Source: Eledone cirrhosa (taxonomy: Eukaryota). From it: a stretch of DNA of 64,000 nt. Below, in pieces: positions 42,870-59,294 of this stretch. The stretch covers positions 112,902,001-112,966,000 of the forward strand of contig OZ024743.1 in NCBI GenBank assembly GCA_964016885.1. Direction: 5' to 3'. The position numbers and the translations under genes are program-made. Numbering within the stretch: the stretch's first letter is position 1; every line of letters begins with the position of its first letter. Below the pieces are notes generated by a model that worked only from the letters and a program-made list of their open reading frames with translations, did no database searches and had not been told where the DNA came from.

Positions 42870-43319
42870 TATTTACTCTTATATAGATCGAAAGATTTAA
42901 TTTGAATTAATGCTTTCAAAAATTACTGGAGGATGTTAAGAAAATACAATATCCCTACAACACCCTTCCCTATTTATTCTTTCTTTTTTCTTGTCTTCAT
43001 TTTAGTTGTTTTACGAGCTTTTAAAACCTAATTTCTTCTTTCTTATATTTCATTGTTTTTCATCGTTCTTTTTATAATGTTTTAATTAGCTTGCTTCAGA
43101 ATAGAAAAATAAACCAAGGAAATTGAGAAAGAGAAAATGTATGAATGTATGTATTGATAGATACACCTACATATCTATTTATTTATCTATTTATTTATCT
43201 ACCTATATATTTACCTATTTATCTATCTACCTATTTATCTATCTATCTACTTATCTGTATATCTACCTATCTACCTACCTATCTAGTAATCTACTTGCCT
43301 ATCTACCTACCTATCTATC

Positions 43320-45953
43320 TAGTGACCTGCATGGTCAACCTTGATAGAACCCATAGACAAGGACCCGGCTACTGGAAGCTGAACTTGTCGTTACCGACAT
43401 GCAAAGCCTACTGTAGACGGATTAGCACTTTAGTTAAACAGCAATTGACAGGGGCCATTGTCAACAACAGATGGTGGTACTCTCTCAAGAGGGCAGTTAG
43501 ATTAGACTCGTTAGTTTTTAGTAAAGAATTAGCGTTAGATAGAAATAGGACTGAGAAGGAACTGGTAGATAAAGTAGAAGAGGCAATTAGAAGTGGCAAC
43601 GTAGCCAGCGTGCTAGCAGCGAAAACGGCCTTGGACCAGTTCTTCGACGCAAAGCACGTGGACTGCGTTGTCAAAAGCAAAATACGTGCTCTGGGTAACG
43701 AGGGAGCCAAAGCTGTTAGCTGTGCCCGGTTGACGGAGGCGAAAAGTGGCAACAAGTCCACGATTCGGTCTTTGAAGGACCAAGACGGACGCGTGATACG
43801 TGAGCCGAAGCAGATGTGTGCGGCCTTTCAGCGGCACTTTCCTCAGCTGTTCGGGCAGGGCGGCGCGCCGGGAGGGGCTATGGAATTCGGTCCATACCTC
43901 GACGGCCTGCCGCGACTCTCGGACAGCGAGGCGAAGTTCTGCGAAAGGCCGATTTCAGCCGCTGAGATAGAGGACGCGCTGAGCCAATGAGGCAAACGCA
44001 AATCTCCCGGTCTCGACGGTCTAGCCTACGAATTTTACGTAGCAATGCCGGACTTGTTCTCTGTTCTCCTGGAAGCGGTCTACTGCAACTGGCAGCAGAT
44101 CGGGAGAATTCCCAGTTCTGTGACCAGGGGCGTAGTCACGCTAGTCAGGAAGGACGAGAATAAGGGGGATGACATAGACAACTTCCGGCCCATAACTCTG
44201 CTCAACACAGAGTTACAGATTTTGGCCAAGGTGTTGGCAAAGAGGCTGGCGCTTGTCGTCAAAAACCTAGTGGGAGAAGCGCAGACATGCGCAATCCCGA
44301 CCAGGTCCATACACGACAACTTCCACCTCATGTGATACATCGTAGAGAGGGTTGGGTGTAAACCCGGCTTCGATGGGGCCCTGATCAACTTAGATCAGTC
44401 TAAGGCTTTCGATAGGGTTGACCATCGTTACCTGGATGCGGTGCTCGAGACGGCAGGCTTCGGACCCGTATTCAGGAGCTGGATTGCTGCAATGCACAGC
44501 AGCAACATCTGCTCAAGGGTCAAGGTGAACGGCTACCTCTCGGAGCCGTTCCATATCATGTGATCCATACCGACAGGGATGTCCTCTCTCCTCCCTTCTG
44601 TACGTACTGACTCTCGAGCCACTACTGAGGAAGTTGGAGCTATTGCAGGGCATCCCTCTGGAACCGGGACTGCGGAAAAGAACTGGAACGAGGTGATGGC
44701 CAAGGTGTTTGCACTCACTCAGAAGTGGGCCGAGTGCAAACTATCCTTGAAAGGTCGAGCGGAGGTGGCGAACACTTTTATAGCGTCCGTCATCTACTAC
44801 CGCTTGACCGTCGTGCCTTGTCCAGCCAAAACGCTCACCAAAATGGAGGGCCTGCTCTTCCAATTCCTTTGGAAGAAGCGGGCTCTTTACGTGAGAAGAT
44901 CCATCTGCTGCCAACACCCTTCCAACGGAGGGCTGGGAATGCCGTGGTTAACGATGTGCAAACACGCGCTCAGGCTGCGGCACCTCCACGTATTCCTCAC
45001 CGGACAACCGGTGTGGGCCCCGTTCGTGAGGCGAGCCTTCCCACGACTCGTCTCGCTGATCGAGCTGCAGTCCTGGGTCAAGCAAAGACCGAGGAAAATG
45101 GGCGACTGGCACATCGAATGTGCTCAGGCGCTCACAGCCTTCTGGCAGGCGGACCCGGCGATCATTGGAGACTCCACTTCGACATTCTATAGAGGGTTGG
45201 ACCGCAGCAAGTGCGACGAGGCGCTCGCAGAAACTCTAGGCGTAGAGGAAAACGAACTGGCCAGTCTGTTCGGTAGGACCTACTGCCCGGGACCGATGGA
45301 CAACTTCCAAAAGTCTCTGGCCTGGCAGTGCTACCGAGGAGCTCTACCAGTTCGAGACAAGCTCTAAAGACATGTGCGCCCGGGCAGTGACCCTTCGAAA
45401 AAGATCTGTCCGAGATGCGTGCGAGACGAAGAAACCGTCGCGCACGCATTCGTACACTGCCCGGGCGTTACCGACCTGTGGGGCTATGTAGAACGACTAT
45501 TGTCGCGGGTGGGACCAATCCGGTTGACGACCGAGTCCATTGTCATGATCAAACCGCCACGCTCCTTCAAAAACAAAGGAGAGGCAGTTTTCATTTGTGT
45601 GATAGCTATGGCGAAAGAGGTTGTATGGTGGACGAGGTTAAAAGGGCTGAGGTCAGACACCTTTCTCTCCGGCCAACAACTGATTCTTTTTTTAAAATAC
45701 CACTTTGGAAGAAGAATCAGGATGGAGAGTGAGTTGCTGTACCCCAGCAAGTTTTATGAAAGGTGGGTGAAAGTGGCGAGAATGGCCTGAGTGAATGGGC
45801 CTTCACTCCATATCAGCCTGTAGGTTGAGTAAAAAGATAAGAGAGAAAATGGGTACTCACTCTTCATACTCCTGGAGATGAGGGTTGCACATTTTCTCGG
45901 GGGTATGTGCTACCCATATGTAATGTCTCCCCCTATTGGTGAAAATCGATTAA
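43320..45953 (+). mobile_element. Tx1-clade non-LTR retrotransposon, second decayed copy
   Basis: GPGYWKLN, NFRPITLLNTE, KAFDRV, GGLGMP, CPRCVRDEETVAHAFVHC; in-frame stops. An internal deletion near 44675 removes the YADD region. The 5' end abuts degenerate (TATC/TACC)n, and the 3' UTR is cut at a TA array. Confidence 0.92.
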
Positions 45954-45959
45954 TAGGGA

Positions 45960-46033
<74 letters not shown>

Positions 46034-46092
46034 TAAAAAAATAATGAATAAAACAATGAAACAGTTCCTTATATTAAACAAAAAAAGTTCAT

Positions 46093-46236
46093 TATTTAAC
46101 GATCGTTTCTGGGATATATATGTGTTAGAATTGGCATGTATATTTAACAGATCTATGTACAAAATTATACAAAATTATACAAACTATCAAAATTAAATAT
46201 ACATACCAACTCATATATATGCCGTCTTCAGAAATA
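46093..46236 (-). ncRNA. Type I hammerhead with ~115-nt stem II (inverted copy)
   Basis: Reverse complement of 46240-46383 within the palindrome 46026-46450. Confidence 0.7.
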
Positions 46237-46239
46237 ATG

Positions 46240-46383
46240 TATTTCTGAAGACGGCATATATATGAGTTGGTATGTATATTTAATTTTGATAGTTTGTATA
46301 ATTTTGTATAATTTTGTACATAGATCTGTTAAATATACATGCCAATTCTAACACATATATATCCCAGAAACGATCGTTAAATA
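46240..46383 (+). ncRNA. Type I hammerhead with ~115-nt extended stem II (family H)
   Basis: Stem I TATTT/AAATA and CTGAAGA at 46245-46251. Stem II includes ATATATATG/CATATATAT and a 20-bp helix GAGTTGGTATGTATATTTAA/TTAAATATACATGCCAATTC. GAAA at 46367, palindromic stem III ACGATCGT, GTT site. Confidence 0.72.
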
Positions 46384-46582
46384 ATGAACTTTTTTTGTTT
46401 AATATAAGGAACTGTTTCATTGTTTTATTTATTATTTTTTTAATATTTTATCTTGACTCTGTATTCCGTTTATCTTTCACCGAAAGTGATTTTTCATTGC
46501 ATCTCTTCTTTCCATGATATCCGGATTACATTGAGTTCTTCATACGGATTGGACACTACCGTAAACTCTTGGTAGATTTATC

Positions 46583-46646
<64 letters not shown>

Positions 46647-46685
46647 CTGTGACCTCTTCAGGCAGTCTCTACCACACCAATTCGG

Positions 46686-46743
46686 ACAGCCTGAAGAGGT
46701 CGCAGCCAATGATGACTGACGGCACCGAAATATATATAGCAGT
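46686..46743 (+). ncRNA. Type I hammerhead ribozyme (family I)
   Basis: ACAGC-CTGAAGA-GGT...ACC-GAAA-TATATATA-GCAGT. The inverted partial copy at 46642-46667 preserves ACTGC, which pairs perfectly with GCAGT. Confidence 0.72.
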
Positions 46744-46908
46744 ACATCTTTAATAAACGAAGCCAAATTTTAAATATTTGACCTAATTACTTTATACTAC
46801 ATTACTCCGGAGTAACCAAACCAACCTGCGTACTTCGTCGAGTGCTCCAATCTGCATACTGAGGTGTCGGTAAACAACCAACATATACTCAGAATATATA
46901 TATATATT

Positions 46909-46966
<58 letters not shown>

Positions 46967-47000
46967 TGTATATATATGTATATATATATGAATATATATG

Positions 47001-47033
<33 letters not shown>

Positions 47034-47245
47034 GTACATATATATGTATATATATATACGAATATATATATATATATGTACATATATGTACACTTATATG
47101 TACACATATGTACACTTTTCATATATGTACATATATATACATATTATACACACATATATACATATATATATATACGTATATATATATACACAAACATATA
47201 TATATGTGTGTATATATATATACATACATAGATGTATGTATATAC

Positions 47246-47306
<61 letters not shown>

Positions 47307-47318
47307 CATACATCTATG

Positions 47319-47362
<44 letters not shown>

Positions 47363-47387
47363 TATATGTTTGTGTATATATATATAC

Positions 47388-47445
<58 letters not shown>

Positions 47446-47454
47446 GTGTGTATA

Positions 47455-47517
<63 letters not shown>

Positions 47518-47521
<4 letters not shown>

Positions 47522-48865
47522 TAAAATAACAGATTAAAGTTTAAGCAAAGAATCGCAGCTTTCACCCTTTAACGGGATCTTCTGAAACTAACAAAGACAA
47601 TCTGTAAACGCAGAACTGGATATTTCAAAAAACGTTGCAACCGGAGGAAGATAGGAAGACAATACTTTGGTTCGTGGAAACGTTCCCTGGCAAAGAACGG
47701 GAAAAAAACGAATATAATACGTCATTAATTGGAGCGGTGAAAAACAATTACACGCAAAGACAGAACCACGTTTATGGTATAAAAGAAGTCGTAGACTAAT
47801 GTTATCTTAGGTGGTTCATAGAGACGTTCTCTGGCAATCGATTTGCATAGGTAAGTATATATTACCTGTATGTTTTGTGAAGGTACGTATACTTTCTCAT
47901 ACGTATATTTGATTGATTATGTTATGGCGTATAATTTTTTTATATTTTCTGGTACATAGTGTTTGGTTATGTGTATACCGGAGTTTTGCGTCTGCGTGTG
48001 TATGCAGGTTCGTACGTATGTAGGGTGTGTGTATATGTATACTTCATGTTTTGGCTGACTTACGTCTCCGAACATTTGTGTATTTAGATGTAAGTATGTG
48101 GGTGCGCTTGTTATATACGTATTTATTTATTTATATACGTTTATTTAATTATTTATTTGTATACACGCACACACACACACACACACACATATTTATATTT
48201 GCGTGGCTTGTATACCTCTGGCAGTGTTTTGCGTATGCTTGTGTATGTACGGTTTTGAATGTGTGTATGCATTTATTTAATTTCTATTACCCCTGTATTG
48301 TATTTATTTACTTTATTCTTAACTCTGAAGCGGAGATTCATTCGGTTTTTTAGTTAGAATTTTAGTCTACGACTTCAGTTATACCATTTACGTGGTTTTG
48401 TCTTTGCGTTCTCCACGCTCCACATATGACGTATTATCTTCATTTTTTCCGTTCATTGCCAGAAAACGTCTCTATGAACCACCTAAGAGAATATTAGTCT
48501 ATGACTTCTTTTATACCATAAACGTGGTTCTGTCTTTGCGTGTAATTGTTTTTCACCGCTCCAATTAATGACGTATTATATTCGTTTTTTCCCATTCTTT
48601 GCCAGGGAACGTTTCCACGAACCAAAGTATCGTCTTCCTGTCTTCCTCCGGTTGCAACGTTTTTTGAAATATCCACTTCTGCGTTTACAGATTGACTTTG
48701 TTAGTTTCAGAAGATCTCGTTAAGGGTGAAAGCAGCGATTCTTTGCTTAAACTTTAATCTGTTATTTTAATAAATATTTGCACTACGGTTCTTATATATT
48801 TGATATATATTTATCCTTATCGAGCCCTCTTTGGATTTTAGTCTTCAAATTTATTATTATTACTA
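47518..48865. mobile_element. Family D inverted pair (47518-47838 - and 48315-48865 +) with internal ~135-bp tandem duplication
   Basis: Long inverted arms; both ends abut (TA)n. Confidence 0.8.
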
Positions 48866-48877
48866 TATATATATTTT

Positions 48878-48936
48878 AGTCCAGAATTAGCCGTCGAAAC
48901 GGCTTGAGCTCTGCCGTCGGGATCCTACTCGTTCCT
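48878..48936 (+). mobile_element. Family F fragment (hammerhead 3' half)
   Basis: GAATTAGCCGTC-GAAA-CGGCTTGAGCTCTGCC-GTC-GGGA matches 3342-3394. Confidence 0.7.
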
Positions 48937-48945
48937 ATATATATA

Positions 48946-49033
<88 letters not shown>

Positions 49034-49035
49034 TA

Positions 49036-49360
49036 TAAGGAAAAAAGATGAAATCGAAAATGCAACTGGCGCCTTTTTTTAAATATTTATTTGGTTCCTT
49101 TACCGGTTTCGCAGTTCTTGTGCTTTTCAAAAGTAAAATTGAGATGGAGGGTTTGTGGTTTTAAAAACCACAAACCCTCCATCTCAATTCTACTTTTGAA
49201 AAGCAACAGAACTGCGAAACCGGTAAAGGAAGCAAATAAATATATATTCTTTTTTAAAAGACTGCAGTTGCATTTTCGATTATATCTTTTTTCCTTATAC
49301 TTTCACTCGAGTAGGACATCTCGTTTTTTTTTTCATTTTGTAAAAAAATCTCATTTTCTA
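49036..49360. mobile_element. Family C fold-back palindrome
   Basis: Arms around an apex at about 49162; ends TTTTCTAAT|ATAT. Confidence 0.85.
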
Positions 49361-49369
49361 ATATATATA

Positions 49370-51530
<2,161 letters not shown>

Positions 51531-51549
51531 GTATATGTATATACATGTG

Positions 51550-51580
<31 letters not shown>

Positions 51581-51652
51581 ATATATATATATATATACAC
51601 ATGTGTATATATATATATATATGTAAATATATTTATATGTATATATATGTAC

Positions 51653-51844
<192 letters not shown>

Positions 51845-51873
51845 ATATGTATATATATATATACGTGTGTATG

Positions 51874-51904
<31 letters not shown>

Positions 51905-52825
51905 GAGTATATGCGTATTTATTTATACTCTTTCGATTCGATATGCGAACTAGCGTGAAATTGGTCTTGAATAGCCCAAACGATCGAATACAAGCTCCAG
52001 AACAGTAGATTCTTTTGTTAGAAGCGAAATTGAAAAATGGTAATGATTTTGTCTGAGTCATCACATTTGCTAGCGGCTTATGTTGTTATATTGGTGGTTG
52101 TTGTTATCCTTGTCGTCGTCGTCGTCACCATCATTATTATTATCATCATTGTGGTGCCGGTGCCGGTAACAGAGGGCGGGGGGTCGAGAATAGTCGCAGT
52201 AGTGGTGTTGATGGCGGTGTTGATGGTTTTGGGGAGAATTCTTTTGTAAATCTTATTTGTTTCTTTGCTGTTGTTGTTATATCTTGTGGTGTTCACCATA
52301 AGTTGGTGGGAGGGAGGAGGTGATGACGTTGGTGGGAGGAGGTGATGTCGTTGGTGGGAGGAGGTGATGACGTTGTAGGGAGGGAGCGATGACAGTTATC
52401 AATGGTGTTAGTGATTATTGTTGTTCTAGGTGTTACGATCCGGTTTGTTGTTGTTGTGGATGTTATGGTCCGGTTTTTGTTCTTGTTGTTGTTTTAAATT
52501 TTGTGTTTTTGTCCAAGTTTCTGTTTGTAATGGATAACAATAATAATACGAACAACTCCGTAAATAATATTGATGCTGGGAATAACGATAACGATGATGA
52601 TGATGACGCTAACAATGATAACAGTAAGAGTGATGACAGTGATAATAACACTGATTTAATATTATGACGACAGCAACATTGGCGACGCAACGATGACAAC
52701 TGCATCATTGACAATGGAGGGTTATCAACGACAGTAATATTGACAACCGAATATTGTCAATGAAATAATATTGACAGCGAAGTGATTATAGCAGCAACAT
52801 TGATAATGAAGTAATGATAACAACA

Positions 52826-53358
52826 GTATTGACAATGTGATGTCAATGACAATAATATTGACAATGTGATGTCAATGACAATAATATTGACAATGTGATG
52901 GCAATGACAATAATATTGACAATGTGATGTCAATGACAATAATATTGACAATGTGATGTCAATGGCAATATTGTCAAATTGATGGCAATGACAATAATAT
53001 TGACAATGTGATGTCAATGGCAATATTGACAATGTGATGGCAATGACAATATTGACAATGTGATGGCAATGGCAATATTGACAATGTGATGACAATGACA
53101 ATATTGACAATGTGTTGTCAATGACAATAATATTGACAATGTGATGTCAATGACAATATTGACAATGTGATGGCAATGTCAATATTGACAATGTGATGAC
53201 AATGACAATATTGACAATGTGATGCCAATGACAATAATATTGACAATGTGATGGCAATGACAATATTGACAATGTGATGGCAATGATAATAATATTGATA
53301 ATGTGATGGCAATGACAATAATATTGACAATGTGATGTCAATGACAATTATATTGACA
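52826..53358. repeat. 26/29-bp minisatellite (ATTGACAATGTGATG(G/T)CAATGACAAT[AAT])n
   Basis: Directly visible tandem array; each unit contains an internal inverted ATTGACA/TGTCAAT. Confidence 0.9.
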
Positions 53359-53504
53359 GCAATGTTGACAGTGAGGTGATGACAACTTTGACAACAGTCA
53401 AAATGATAAGGACAGCAGCATTGACAACGAAATTACGATAAGGATTAGACCAATCAAATATCTCCTATAAAATGTATGAGCGATATTAAAACACTGGAAT
53501 TGGA

Positions 53505-55400
53505 GGTGTTATTAGGGTGCCGAACAAAATACCATGTTGTATATGTTCCGGCTTGTCAAATTCTGAGTTTAAATACCGCCAAATTCAACTTTGCCTTTTA
53601 TCGTTCCTGTGTCGATAAAATAAAATAAGAGTCAAATGCTGGAGTTGATCAAATTCCCATCCTGCCAAAATACTGGCCTTTTGCTTAAATTAGAAACCAT
53701 TATTATTTTTACGAGGTTAACTTTGCCTTTCATCCTTACGGGGTCGATAAAATAAAGTACCAGTAATACACTGGGTAATTACTGGCCTTGTGCCTAAAGT
53801 AGAAAGAATTATTATTTTGAGGGTGGTGGATTGGCAGTATCGGTAAAGAGTCGGACGCCATGCTTTGCAGCATAGAGTTACGGCGCTTCACGCTCTGGGT
53901 TCAAATCCCGCCGAGGTTAGCTTTCCCTTTCATCCTTACGGGATCGATAAAATAAGGCACCAGTAATTGCACTGGGGTCGATTTAATCAACTTTCCCCTC
54001 CCCAAAATTGCTGGCCTTGTGCCCATAGTAGAAATAATTATTATTTTTATTATTATTATTATTAATTAGTGCGGTGGATTCACAGTATTGATAGGGCGTT
54101 GGACAAAATGCTTTGCAGTATTTAGTTACTTTCTACGTTCTGAGTTTAAATACTGCCGTGGCCAATTTTGCCTTTCATCCTTCCGAGGTCGATAAAATAA
54201 AGCTCAATTTAACTACTCAGGTTGATATAATCGACTTTACCTTCCCCCCAAAATATTGCTGGCATCGTGCCTAAGTTAGAAACTGTTATTTACATTTTTG
54301 TTTTGTTTTCGTTTGCTTCCTTTTGTTATTTTTTTTTTCATATGGCTTTTCGTGTAATTCTTCCATTTTATAATTTGACCAGGTAATCTTCTCCTATCTG
54401 TCACACTAGTGTCAATAGAAGAAAGCATTATCTTCTTTGTAATAGGGGATTGGCAGAATCAGTAGAACGTCGGACAACATGCTTTCTGGCATAGAGTTAC
54501 GGCCCTTTACGCTCTGAGTTCAAATCTCGCCGAGGTCAACTTTGCCTTTTATCCTTACTGGTTTGAAAAAAGCACCAGTAATGCACTGGGGTCGATTTAA
54601 TCGGTTTTTCCCCCTCCCTCAAATTCCTGGCCTTGTGCCTATAGTAGAAACAATTATATGTGTTATGCGTTTTCACTGCATTGCTACGTGCGGCTCTCTG
54701 GACCTTGGGTGTGTGCAGTGCTTTGTTTGGGTCTTAAACTTTTCAGTGTAGTGAAAGTATTCTACGTAATAGGAGAACAATATATAGTAGTGCGGTTTTC
54801 TAAATGTTGTGTATGGCGAGTTATGAGATTTTAGTTATGAGAGTGATGACAACGATAATACTGATTTAATATTATGACGACAGCAATATTGACGACACAG
54901 TGATGACAACTGCATCCTTGACAATGAATCATTTTAATGATTCTTAACATACTTGTTATTATTATAAGGATTGCAAAGGGCAGTGGATTGGCAGTATGGG
55001 TAGAACGCTGGATACCCTGCTTCGCGGCATAGTTACGCCCCTTTCCGTTTTGAGTTCAAATCCCGCCGAGGTTAGCTTTGCCTTTCATCCTTACAATAAA
55101 TAAAGCGCCAATAATGCACTGGGGTTGATTTAATCGAGCTTCCCCTCCCCTTCAAATTGCAGGTCTTGTGTCAGAAGTAGAAAAAATATAGAGATTGTAA
55201 GGGCCGTTGATAGACAAAGTTGTTAGGTCATCGAATAAATGTTTTTTGCTGTATTTGTGCTGGCTCCCTACGTTCTGAGTTCAAATTCCGCCAAAGTTAG
55301 GTCACCTTTGCCTTTCATCCATCCGAGTTCGATGAAATAAAGTACCAGTCAAATACTGGGGTTGAGCTAATCAACTCTGCGCTTAGCCATAAAAATGTCC
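53505..55400 (+). mobile_element. Cluster of about seven same-orientation SINE copies of different ages
   Basis: Cores at about 53590, 53725, 53925, 54170, 54545, 55080 and 55310. Confidence 0.8.
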
Positions 55401-55599
55401 TTGTTAAAAACAGAAATAAATATTAAAATAAGCCAATATTAAGTTGGTTTGGAAAAGCGTCAGATATAATCACCTTTTCCTCCCCCACTTAATTTTTTAC
55501 CAAAATGAGAAACCATTATAATTATTATAGGAACTTTTCCTGTTTTCAATCCGAACGTTGAGGGGGAGGATTCTTTTGTATGTGGGTGTCCATGTGTAG

Positions 55600-56240
55600 A
55601 CCGCTTCCTCCTCCCAGCACACAGAATGGAGAAAACGTTGCCCAGGAGCATGGTGAGGGAGACGCGTAGGAATAGCCATTCCAACACACGAGGCTCGCTC
55701 CTGTGTCTGACCAACTCAGTTCCGATAGTAATGAGTAGGGATGCGGTCCGCGGCTCAAAAACGCTGGAAGTCTCCACTGCTACAGGCTGGACCACAAGTC
55801 TATCAGAAAGCGTACTTCGACAGTTTGCCCTCTTCGGCCTGATTAGCAGCGAAGACTGAGGTAATCATCGAATGTACCGAGTTGCATTCGACTAAGAGAA
55901 TGTGGCTACATATAGTGTACCAGATGAGGGCCTTACTACTGCGGAACGGGAAGATTGCCATATCACATGGTCTTTTACCAGTCACATGAGCTCGAGCTAG
56001 GAGAGAATCCTGCAGCGTCCAAACCATGCTTTATGATCTCTTTGAAAGCAACATTGAGTGTGAGGGGGCCAGCGCTCCTATGGCATGATTGTTGGTGGAA
56101 GATGAAAGATTCCACATGGGATACGCAGCAGCACTTTTGTGGACGACAGATCCAGAGGGTGAGACTCAAGGAAAACCGATACACAAACAGTCGTTGTCCA
56201 GCTGAGTACCGGTTGGGAGCGAAGGTACGGCGTTGTTTGT
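55600..56240 (-). mobile_element. CRE-like fragment (zinc knuckle region and RLE)
   Basis: CRPQKCCC...HQQSCHRSAG...IIKHGLDAAGF, GKRPCDMAIFPF..KALIW, VAVETS...WLFLRVSL. Confidence 0.75.
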
Positions 56241-57777
56241 CATGTTTACATGTCTGTATACTAAAAGTGGATAAATTTATACATTTACGCAGTCTCGGTT
56301 ATTTCTATTCTGTATATATTAAGATACTTTTGCTATACTGTGTATATAGAAAACATATTACGTTGTACATATATTTGGCGTGTTTAGATTTGTATATACT
56401 AAAAATGTGTAAATTTATATACACATAAATGCAGTTTCATATAGAAAACATATATTAAGCTGTGCGTATATTTGGCATGTTTATGTCTATACTAAAAATG
56501 TGTAAATGTATATACATATTTACGCAGGCTCTGTTACCTCTATACTATATATATACAGATATAACTTTATCTTGGAAATCATGTCTAATGAGCGATTGGT
56601 ATACACTACCATCTCTTGGTATTACAGATCTAATCGCATTAGTGAACTGTTAACTTTAGCTTGAGTTCTTACAGCAACTAGAAATCTAGAAGTAATAAGG
56701 ACTGTCCACTTAATTTGTGTTGTTTGTTTTGTCTTTTTTCTGCATGCATTTATTTCGTCTGAGGACATTATGGAACCTTTTAACGTTAACGATCTTATTC
56801 TCAACTTCGATGCATTTGCTTTCAATGTGATTTAAATTCGTTGATAATGTACAAAGGTTTCGTATTAGCATTTAGGGCCAATTTGAAATGTTTAATCCAA
56901 TTACTCTTTCTAATCAGACCTCCTCTAAAAGTTGGTGTAGAACGTAACTAATAGTTGAATGTTCAATTGTTAGTTAGTTTCAAATGCACATCGGTCCTTG
57001 CTTTGATGCTTCCCAGAACATATCACTATATCTATGAGAAGGGGTTGCTTGCTTCTTGCTAAATCTTTTTCTCTTATAAGAGACAGGAACGAAGTTGATA
57101 TAGAAGCTATACGTTCAACTGTGTGTTACTTTCAACTGAAAGTCGTTGGAAGTAATTTCGCTACTTTTCTGTGTTTAGTAAAGAATTAAGTATATTCTGG
57201 AAGATGGTGTGCCTCAGCATAAGACGTTCGCAGGAGAATAACATCTGTGTATGTTGTTAAAAAGGTGCACTACATATTTTTCATCCCATGTTCATCAGTA
57301 AGGCTGCAATGTATTTGAATATGCAATTTTCACAATTATAGATACCACCACCACCATCACCATCATCGCCGTTTAACGTATATTTTCCATGGTTGTACAG
57401 GTTAGACGAATTGTCATGTTCTGGGACGAGATTAGTCAGAAGAGAACATGTAGCCCATATCTTCCATTCTTTGGTATGTTTAATATAACTGAAGGACTTC
57501 CATATTGGCAACCATTTTACAGCAAGTACGGAAAGGATTTTATCATGGCGACCAGACTAAGACCTATAGGGTGGTCGAAGATGTATATCAACGAAATGAT
57601 ATTGTTAGAAGCCGACACCATCTACATCCTCACAAACATCTCCACCACCACCATCTCCACCACTATCAACATCAACAAATCAAACTTATCATAAAATTCA
57701 CAATAAGCAATTATTTACAAGTTCGGATATTTTGAGCTATGGTATTAGTCGTATATGATAAATTTGGAACAGAATTA

Positions 57778-58203
57778 TAATCGTTTCTACTTTAGGCACA
57801 AGGCCAGTAATTTGAAGGGGCGGGGAAAGTCGACTAAACCGACCCCAGTGCATTACTGATGCTTTATTTTATTGACCCCGTAAGAATGAAAGGCAAAGCT
57901 AACCTCGGTGGGATTTAAACACAGAACGTAAAGAGCTGTAACTCTATACTACAAAGCATGGTGTCCGACTCTTAACCGATACTGCCAATCCATCGCCCTA
58001 AAATAATAATAATTGTTTCTACTTTTTGCACAAGGCCAGCAATTATCTCAGTACATTACTGGTACTTTATTTTATCAACCCAGTAAGGATGAAAGGCAAA
58101 GTTAACCTCGGCGGGATTTGAACTCAGAATGGCAAGGGCCGTAACTCTATACTGCAAAGCATGGCGTCCGACCCTCTACCAATACTGCCAATCCACCCCC
58201 CTT
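57778..58203 (-). mobile_element. Two tandem SINE copies
   Basis: Long- and short-tail subtypes head to tail. Confidence 0.85.
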
Positions 58204-58539
58204 AATAATAATAATGGCTTCTATTTTAAGAAAAAAGCCAGTATTTGTGCTGCGAAACAGGGTGTCCGACGCTCTACCAATATTGTAAATACACCGACAC
58301 ACATTCAAATCTTTTTCCTGTAAAGGCGGTGAATTGGCAGAATCGCTAGAACGTCAAATAGAATGTGTTGCAATATCCGTCTCTCAGTACAATGAGTTCA
58401 AATCCCAACCAGATCAACCTTACCTTTCATACGTTGGAGGTCGATAAAAGCATAATTCCAATGCTAGTGTGCTGGAGAGATACTTCCTCTATCTCTCTTA
58501 CACTTCCCTCTCTCTCTCTCTCTCTCTCTCTCTTACACT

Positions 58540-58574
<35 letters not shown>

Positions 58575-58577
58575 CTT

Positions 58578-58641
<64 letters not shown>

Positions 58642-58681
58642 CTTCCTTCCCTCTCTCTCTCTCTCTCTCTCTCTTACACTT

Positions 58682-58713
<32 letters not shown>

Positions 58714-58830
58714 TACACTTTCCTCCCTCTCTCTCTCTCTCTCCCTATCTCTCTCTTACACTTCCCTCCCTCTCTCTCTCTCTCTCCCCATCTCTCTCTC
58801 TCCCTCTCCCCTTCTCTCTCTATCTATCTA

Positions 58831-58877
<47 letters not shown>

Positions 58878-59294
58878 CACTCACTCTATGTCCCGCTCGC
58901 TTTATATCTCACTCACTCTATCTATCTCGCTCACTCACTCACTCTCTATACAGAGGGGCGTTTGGAGAGATAAGTGTAGATATTAATAGAGAGTGAGAGT
59001 GTATTAGTCTTAGATATAGAGAGTGGCAAAAGTTAATAAGCGGTTGAAGGGTGGGGGTGGAAAATTCTGACAAATTAATAAGCGGGGGTGGGGACGATTG
59101 TTCAAGAGGAGTGTACGTGAATTATTGACGGACGTAAGAATGAAATCTCAATACCGAAGTAGAGTTTAAATATTATTTATTATGGCTAAGCCTTGTTATT
59201 CTGGAGTCTCACCTGCGTACTCACCAGACAAGACTGGTGCTCCCGTAAGTGCGCAGATGAAACTTTAGAGTAACGAAGCTCACCAATAGCCATA

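Noticed and set aside
52757-53347. Cys/His-rich ORFs resembling metal-binding proteins
   Set aside because: They are products of a 26/29-bp minisatellite whose units shift frame.
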